Assembly (NCBI GenBank): GCA_049599895.1
Contig: JBMYPC010000017.1
Coordinates: 1-32,829, forward strand
Source: Bacteriovoracaceae bacterium
GTDB taxonomy: Bacteria > Bdellovibrionota > Bacteriovoracia > Bacteriovoracales > Bacteriovoracaceae
Reading direction: 5' to 3'
Length of the DNA stretch: 32,829 nucleotides
Shown here: one piece after another, positions 28,031 to 32,829 of the stretch
How the letters are laid out: every line of letters begins with the position of its first letter
How positions within the stretch are numbered: position 1 is the stretch's first letter
Made by a program: the position numbers and the translations under genes
The notes under the pieces: model-generated
What the model saw: the letters and a program-made list of their open reading frames with translations, nothing else
What the model was told of the DNA's origin: nothing
Database searches by the model: none

Positions 28031-28050
28031 TAGAAAATTAACTTTAAAAC

Positions 28051-28070
28051 TGGGGGATAATATACCCCCA
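28051..28070 (+). other. GC-rich hairpin after rpoN (pause, processing or terminator-like)
   Basis: TGGGGG-ATAATATA-CCCCCA; no clear U-tract on the + strand. Confidence 0.45.
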
Positions 28071-28085
28071 AAGACCTTCTCATCA

Positions 28086-28398
28086 ACTAAAACCGAAGGT
28101 TTTAGCCCCCGGAGGGGATCAGGAAGCGTCAGTGCCCGGTCTACACGAAGTTGATAACTAGAAGTTAGGAGTTAAAAATAACTTAAAGCCATTAACCTTC
28201 TCATCAAAACAGTTTGATGACCAAAAGGAGAAATATGAGACTAAAAACGTGAGTTTTTAGCCCCCGGAGGGGATTAGGAAGCGTTAGCGCCCGGTACTTA
28301 CGAAGTTGATTACTGGAAGTTAGTCGCAAAAAATAACTTAAAAAATCATTTAACCTTCTCATCAAAACGATTTGATGACCAAAAGGAGAGACATGAGA
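28086..28398 (+). repeat. Diverged tandem duplication (~155 bp x2) of the structured hpf leader
   Basis: Units 28086-28240 and 28240-28398 share TTTTAGCCCCCGGAGGGGAT, AGGAAGCGT, CGAAGTTGAT, GAAGTTAG, AAAAATAACTTAAA, TAACCTTCTCATCAAAAC, TTTGATGACCAAAAGGAGA and ATGAGA. Confidence 0.92.
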
Positions 28399-28761
28399 GT
28401 AACAATCGAATTTCAGCAACTAGAACACACACCTTCTCTTGATGAAAAAATTAAGCAGAAGTCACAGAAGTTTGAAAAATATTTTCGAAACGAAGTGGGC
28501 CTCAAGTGGCGTTGTTATGTGAAAAGCGGAGTCCATCACGCAGAGTGTACGATTCATGGGCATAGAGAAACAATTCATGCCAAAGCTCATTCAGACAACC
28601 TTTATAAGACTCTAGATAAAGTGTGTGAGAAGCTTGAAAAACAGATTAATAAGTCGAAGCAGAAAGTGAAAAATAAGATTCACAGAAAGCAAGGCAACGT
28701 GATTTTCTTTGAGCCTGAGATTGCTTGGGGAGAATTTGAAGCTGAAAAAGAAGCAGCTTAA
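28393..28761 (+). CDS. hpf: Ribosome hibernation promoting factor (HPF/RaiA family)
   Basis: MRVTIEFQQLEHTPSLDEKI...HAKAHSDNLYKTLDKVCEKLEKQI; conserved position after rpoN. ATG 28393 has SD AAGGAG (track start 28372). Confidence 0.92.
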   Translation: MRVTIEFQQLEHTPSLDEKIKQKSQKFEKYFRNEVGLKWRCYVKSGVHHAECTIHGHRETIHAKAHSDNLYKTLDKVCEKLEKQINKSKQKVKNKIHRKQGNVIFFEPEIAWGEFEAEKEAA

Positions 28762-28786
28762 AACAATTAACAAATTAAAACGCTAT

Positions 28787-28813
28787 AAGCCTCCAATATT
28801 TGGAGGCTTTTTT
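28787..28813 (+). terminator. Rho-independent terminator after hpf
   Basis: AAGCCTCCAA-TAT-TTGGAGGCTT followed by a T run. Confidence 0.9.
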
Positions 28814-28826
28814 ATTGAAAGTCTCT

Positions 28827-29049
28827 GCAAAAAAGTGCCAGGCAAAAAAGTGCCAGGTACTTTTAAGAGATTGTAAGAAAACCAAGCATTCAAAGCAATG
28901 TCTCAAAAAAATAATCTTCAAAATTGAAATGCAACTCTTTTAAACTCCTAAGAATTCATTAGAAAATATTTTGAAATCTTACTTTTTCTAAAAAGTACCT
29001 GGCACTTTTTTGCTTTTTTGTGGCACTTTTTTGCCTGGCACTTTTTTGC
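28827..29049. repeat. REP/REPIN-like inverted repeat element with internal short tandem repeats
   Basis: 14-mer GCAAAAAAGTGCCA at 28827 and 28842 (+) and at 29000, 29021 and 29036 (-). Each arm holds the imperfect palindrome AAAAGTGCCAGGTACTTTT (28846-28864; reverse at 28991-29009). Confidence 0.85.
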
Positions 29050-29142
29050 TTTTTTGAAAAAGAAAATTCTTCCATCTTCAGAGAACTTTGTATTGGAGTA
29101 GGGAAATGCATCAATGTATTTTTCAATATTAATGTTCATCAT
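29050..29142 (-). pseudogene. Probable 5' remnant of a gene truncated at the repeat element
   Basis: ATG overlaps the terB-like stop (TAATG). MMNINIEKYIDAFPYSNTKFSEDGRIFFF is protein-like, then reads into repeat-derived AKKCQAKKCH. Confidence 0.5.
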
Positions 29143-29660
29143 TAGCCTTTTAATGATTGGAGTTTGTCGAGAACTGTGGCCTTTGCGGAGATAAAGTGTT
29201 TGTGTTCGAGAAGAAGAGCTTTGGTGATATTTCGAATTTCTTCAGTCTCAACACTCGCAACACCTCCATCACTCGCAGCAAGGGCAAAGAGAGCTTCCAA
29301 AAGATGATAGCGATTATCATTATCCATGCGATCATTAAGGGCGTAGCAATAACGATGGTTTTCAGCTCCAGAGAGTGTCTGGATTTCATCAATGGCAAGT
29401 GTGGCAAGCTTTTCACTTTTTTCTCTTCCAAAGTCTGTCCAAGTTTCAAGAGCGGTGATCATATGATCTTTTTCTTTCGGCTGAATTTTTAAATCTGCAT
29501 AGGCGACTCTCGCTAATAGGCCGGCGATACAGGTCCAAGTGATTAAATCTTCCTCACTTCCATCAGGAAAGATTACTTTCGCCTTACTATGAAGTCCACT
29601 GTGATATGGATCTTTAGAATCATTAGAAGTTAAGTTTTTAAAAGCGTCCCAGAATCCCAT
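29142..29660 (-). CDS. TerB family (tellurite resistance TerB-like) protein
   Basis: AGLLARVAYADLKIQPKE and LLEALFALAASDGGVASVETEEIRNI. ATG 29660 (MGFWDAF) has SD AAGGA; track start is 29777. Confidence 0.85.
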   Translation of the reverse strand: MGFWDAFKNLTSNDSKDPYHSGLHSKAKVIFPDGSEEDLITWTCIAGLLARVAYADLKIQPKEKDHMITALETWTDFGREKSEKLATLAIDEIQTLSGAENHRYCYALNDRMDNDNRYHLLEALFALAASDGGVASVETEEIRNITKALLLEHKHFISAKATVLDKLQSLKG

Positions 29661-29787
29661 AAATTTTCCTTGATCATCATTTTGAGAAGGCATGATATCG
29701 CCGGTAAGTTCTAAATTACAAGTCGAGCATTGCACTAATAAAGTAAACACCAAGTGTTTCACTCCGTCATATGGCAAGCTTTATAAG

Positions 29788-29851
29788 TAGACTAAAAGCG
29801 TCTTTGCTTTTAGGCGCCGCAGGCGACTAGCAAGCGTAAGCGCGCGGTCTA
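29788..29851 (+). repeat. Third copy of the ~60-nt three-hairpin motif
   Basis: TAGA-CTAAAAGC/GCTTTTAG-G-CGCC GCA GGCG-ACTAGCAA-GCG TAAG CGC-GCGGTCTA, colinear with 28086-28143 and 28240-28295. Confidence 0.75.
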
Positions 29852-29896
29852 GCTAAGTCTCAACTTGATATTCAAACTTAGACAAATATATAATTT

Positions 29897-29905
29897 TGCT
29901 AGAAT
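29897..29905 (+). promoter_or_regulatory. Extended -10 sigma70 promoter of clpS-clpA
   Basis: TG-C-TAGAAT, with TTAGACA upstream. Confidence 0.45.
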
Positions 29906-29969
29906 ATAAGCAGTTTGCAGTTGCGATTACCAATTTTAATACCATCTTAAAGATAAGATAAGTGAGGAT

Positions 29970-30317
29970 TTGAAGGTGAAGACTTTAAACAATATTTGGA
30001 AAGCTCAAAGTGAAGACCATGAAGGTGATTCGGATTTGGCCACCATAGAGGAAGTCAAAGTCAAGAAACCTTCACGGTACAAAGTGCTGCTTCACAATGA
30101 TGACTATACAACTATGGAGTTTGTGATCTTTATTTTGCAATCCATCTTTGGAAAAACCTTTGATGAGGCAAAAGTTGTTATGCTCAAGGTCCATAATGAA
30201 GGTACAGGAGTCTGTGGGATTTATACCCATGAAATAGCTGAAACTAAATCTTCAAAGGTTAGGCAGCTTGCTAAAGAAAATGGTCATCCTCTTCTTTGCT
30301 CCATTGAAGAGGAATGA
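29970..30317 (+). CDS. clpS: ATP-dependent Clp protease adaptor ClpS
   Basis: PSRYKVLLHNDDYTTMEFV, MLKVHNEG, EIAETK, HPLLCSIEE. GTG 29976 is an alternative start. Confidence 0.97.
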   Translation: MKVKTLNNIWKAQSEDHEGDSDLATIEEVKVKKPSRYKVLLHNDDYTTMEFVIFILQSIFGKTFDEAKVVMLKVHNEGTGVCGIYTHEIAETKSSKVRQLAKENGHPLLCSIEEE

Positions 30318-30342
30318 AATAACAAAAAAGGATGAATGATCA

Positions 30343-32709
30343 ATGATGAGTCGTAAATTAGAACAAATCATTAACTCCTCAATTAAACTCGCCAATGTGC
30401 GAAGACATGAATATTTAACTCTTGAGTCGATTCTTTTATCGATGCTTCAAGAAGACGATGTCGTAAAAGAAATTTTAAAGGGCTGTGGTGCTGATACAGA
30501 GAGCATGACAAATGAATTAGAACAATTTCTTGATGATGAAGGTAATTTTTCCATTCTTTCAGAAGGTCAAATTCATGACCTCGGTGAAAAACAGTTCGTC
30601 GACGATGAGCTGAGGCGACTCGCGGGAGAAAGTGGAATTCGCTACCAACCTGAGATCTCCATGTCCCTTCAAAGAGTCATTCAAAGAGCGGCACTTCATG
30701 TGCAGTCATCTGGAAAAAGAGAAATTAAAGGAACCAATCTTCTGGTTGCCATGTTTCAAGAAAAAGAGAGCTTTGCTCTTTATACGATTCAAAAACAAGG
30801 GGTCAATCGACTCGATATTGTGAAAACCATTAGTCACAACCTAGACAAACCTACGACCCAGGAAGACGCTGATCGATTTGATTCTCTTCGTGGAGAGAAA
30901 ACTATTGAGGGTGAGAAAAAGGAGACTCCCCTTGAGAAATTTTCTGTCAATTTAAACGAACAGGTAAAAAAAGGAAGAATTGACCCTCTGATTGGTCGAG
31001 ACAAAGAACTCAAAAGAATTGTTCAAGTCCTTTGTAGGAGGAGAAAAAATAATCCTCTCTTAGTTGGTGAGGCGGGAGTGGGAAAAACGGCCCTTGCTGA
31101 AGGTCTTGCTTGGTCCATTGAAAACGGAAAAATCCCTGAAGTTCTTAAAGAGGCTACGGTTTATTCTTTAGATATGGCGGCACTCCTTGCTGGATCTAAA
31201 TATCGAGGTGATTTTGAGCAGAGACTCAAAGGCGTTCTTAAGCAACTTGAGGAATTGGAAGAAAAAGGTGAACTGAGTGTGCTTTTTATTGATGAGTTTC
31301 ATACCTTAATGGGTGCAGGATCCACTTCAGGTGGAAGCATGGATGCTTCAAATTTATTAAAACCAGCTTTGAGCCAAGGCCGACTTCGTTGTCTTGGAAG
31401 TACGACTTTTACTGAATACCGAAAATTTATCGAAAAAGACTCAGCGTTTGCGAGAAGGTTTCAAAAAATTGATGTGAATGAGCCATCAAAAGACGAAACT
31501 TTAAAGATCTTAGAAGGGCTCAAGCCTAAGTTTGAAGAGTTTCACAGCGTGAAATATGGGCCGAGTGTCCTAAAAGCAGCTGTTGATCTTTCTGATCGCT
31601 ACATCACAGATCGTAAAAATCCTGACAAGGCCATTGACCTGATTGATGAAGCGGGGGCAGCGATTCAACTTTTGCCGCCAAGTCAGAGAAAGTCTCAGGT
31701 GACTAAGAGAGATATCGAACAAATTGTTGGACTTGTTGCAAGAATTCCTAAAATTCAGGTCAATAAAGATGATAAAGAGCAGCTCAAATCTCTTGAATCG
31801 AACCTGAAACTTCTTATATTCGGCCAAGATAAGGCCGTTGAGCAAGTGAGCAATGCCATTTTGATGGCAAAGTCGGGACTTCGAGATGAAGGAAAGCCTC
31901 TTGGATCTTTTCTTTTTGTTGGGCCAACTGGAGTGGGGAAAACGGAACTGGCAAAACAACTTTCAAATCATCTGAATTGTCATATTGAGAGATTTGATAT
32001 GTCCGAATATATGGAAAAGCACACTGTCGCGAAGCTTATTGGGGCGCCTCCGGGTTATGTGGGGTATGAAAGTGGCGGTTTGTTAACTGATGCGATTAAT
32101 AAAAATCCTCATTCTGTTGTTTTACTCGATGAAATTGAAAAAGCTCACCCAGATATCTTCAACGTTCTTCTGCAAGTGATGGATCACGGAACTTTAACTG
32201 ATGCTCAAGGACGTGAAACGAATTTTAAAAACACAATTATCATTATGACGAGTAATGCAGGGGCGAGAGAAGCAGAAAATCCTTCAATTGGACTACAAAG
32301 TGAAGCAACTTTGGATGGAACAGGGGCCTTAAAAGATTTAAAACGAGAAAAAGCGATAAAAAATACGTTTAGCCCTGAATTTCGTAACCGTTTAGATGCA
32401 ATAATTCCTTTTAATCCACTTGGAATGAAGCAAATTTTATCGATTGTAGACAAATTTTTGGTTCAATTAGAGCAAAAACTTCTTTCAAAAGGTGTAAATG
32501 TCACTTTTGATCACCAAGTTAAGGAATGGCTCGCTACAATTGGCTTTGATCCGAAGATGGGTGCACGTCCAATGGAGAGAATGATCGATCAAAAACTCAA
32601 AAAACCTCTTTCAAAAGAAATTTTATTTGGAAAATTAGAGAAAGGTGGCTCTGTTTCTATAAAAATGGATGAAAAAAGAGAGAATATAGAGTTATTTTTT
32701 GAAGATTAA
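30343..32709 (+). CDS. clpA: ATP-dependent Clp protease ATP-binding subunit ClpA
   Basis: Two AAA+ modules (GEAGVGKT, GPTGVGKTE), RRRKNNP, RFDMSEYMEKHTV. No ClpB/C M-domain; downstream of clpS. Confidence 0.96.
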   Translation: MMSRKLEQIINSSIKLANVRRHEYLTLESILLSMLQEDDVVKEILKGCGADTESMTNELEQFLDDEGNFSILSEGQIHDLGEKQFVDDELRRLAGESGIRYQPEISMSLQRVIQRAALHVQSSGKREIKGTNLLVAMFQEKESFALYTIQKQGVNRLDIVKTISHNLDKPTTQEDADRFDSLRGEKTIEGEKKETPLEKFSVNLNEQVKKGRIDPLIGRDKELKRIVQVLCRRRKNNPLLVGEAGVGKTALAEGLAWSIENGKIPEVLKEATVYSLDMAALLAGSKYRGDFEQRLKGVLKQLEELEEKGELSVLFIDEFHTLMGAGSTSGGSMDASNLLKPALSQGRLRCLGSTTFTEYRKFIEKDSAFARRFQKIDVNEPSKDETLKILEGLKPKFEEFHSVKYGPSVLKAAVDLSDRYITDRKNPDKAIDLIDEAGAAIQLLPPSQRKSQVTKRDIEQIVGLVARIPKIQVNKDDKEQLKSLESNLKLLIFGQDKAVEQVSNAILMAKSGLRDEGKPLGSFLFVGPTGVGKTELAKQLSNHLNCHIERFDMSEYMEKHTVAKLIGAPPGYVGYESGGLLTDAINKNPHSVVLLDEIEKAHPDIFNVLLQVMDHGTLTDAQGRETNFKNTIIIMTSNAGAREAENPSIGLQSEATLDGTGALKDLKREKAIKNTFSPEFRNRLDAIIPFNPLGMKQILSIVDKFLVQLEQKLLSKGVNVTFDHQVKEWLATIGFDPKMGARPMERMIDQKLKKPLSKEILFGKLEKGGSVSIKMDEKRENIELFFED

Positions 32710-32829
32710 GTGATTTTTACTCTAAATAGGCTTTCTTGTGCTTTAAAAAGGCAAAAGAAAGCACCAATGTGACAACATTTTAAGCCAAGTTTTTCTTCTT
32801 TTACTCTTTTATTTAATTTCCCTGCATCC

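Noticed and set aside
28106..28330. CsrB/RsmZ-like sRNA suggested by several GGA motifs
   Set aside because: Only one GGA per unit is clearly in a conserved loop, and the third copy of the motif has GCA at the equivalent positions.
28827..29049. TGGCACTTTTTTGC copies as sigma54 -24/-12 promoters near rpoN
   Set aside because: The GG-to-GC spacing is 9 nt in all five copies, while sigma54 needs 10. A repeat element explains them better.
28074..29049. CRISPR array
   Set aside because: Intervening sequences are homologous to each other or irregular rather than unique spacers, and no cas genes are present.
32730..32762. Hairpin after clpA (GCTTTCTT...AAGAAAGC)
   Set aside because: AT-rich imperfect stem without a U-tract; function cannot be supported.

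Overview
AT-rich chromosomal window of a Gram-negative bacterium. Gene content and protein style suggest Bdellovibrionota (Bacteriovorax/Halobacteriovorax-like); this is inference. Housekeeping genes: a truncated class I aminotransferase missing from the ORF track, DAHP synthase-chorismate mutase, yggT, ftsB-like, DUF192, aspS, RDD, mutS, lptC/A-lptB-rpoN-hpf, terB-like and clpS-clpA. These surround an 11-kb gene for a ~3,700-aa putative surface lipoprotein with about 26 two-cysteine Ig-like repeats, three inserted modules and a C-terminal FG-GAP propeller. The most unusual non-coding DNA is at 28.05-29.9 kb. It holds a diverged ~155-bp tandem duplication of the hpf leader, a ~60-nt three-hairpin motif present three times with compensatory changes, and a REP/REPIN-like inverted repeat at the break point of a truncated gene. 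No tRNA, rRNA, CRISPR array or transposase was recognised.
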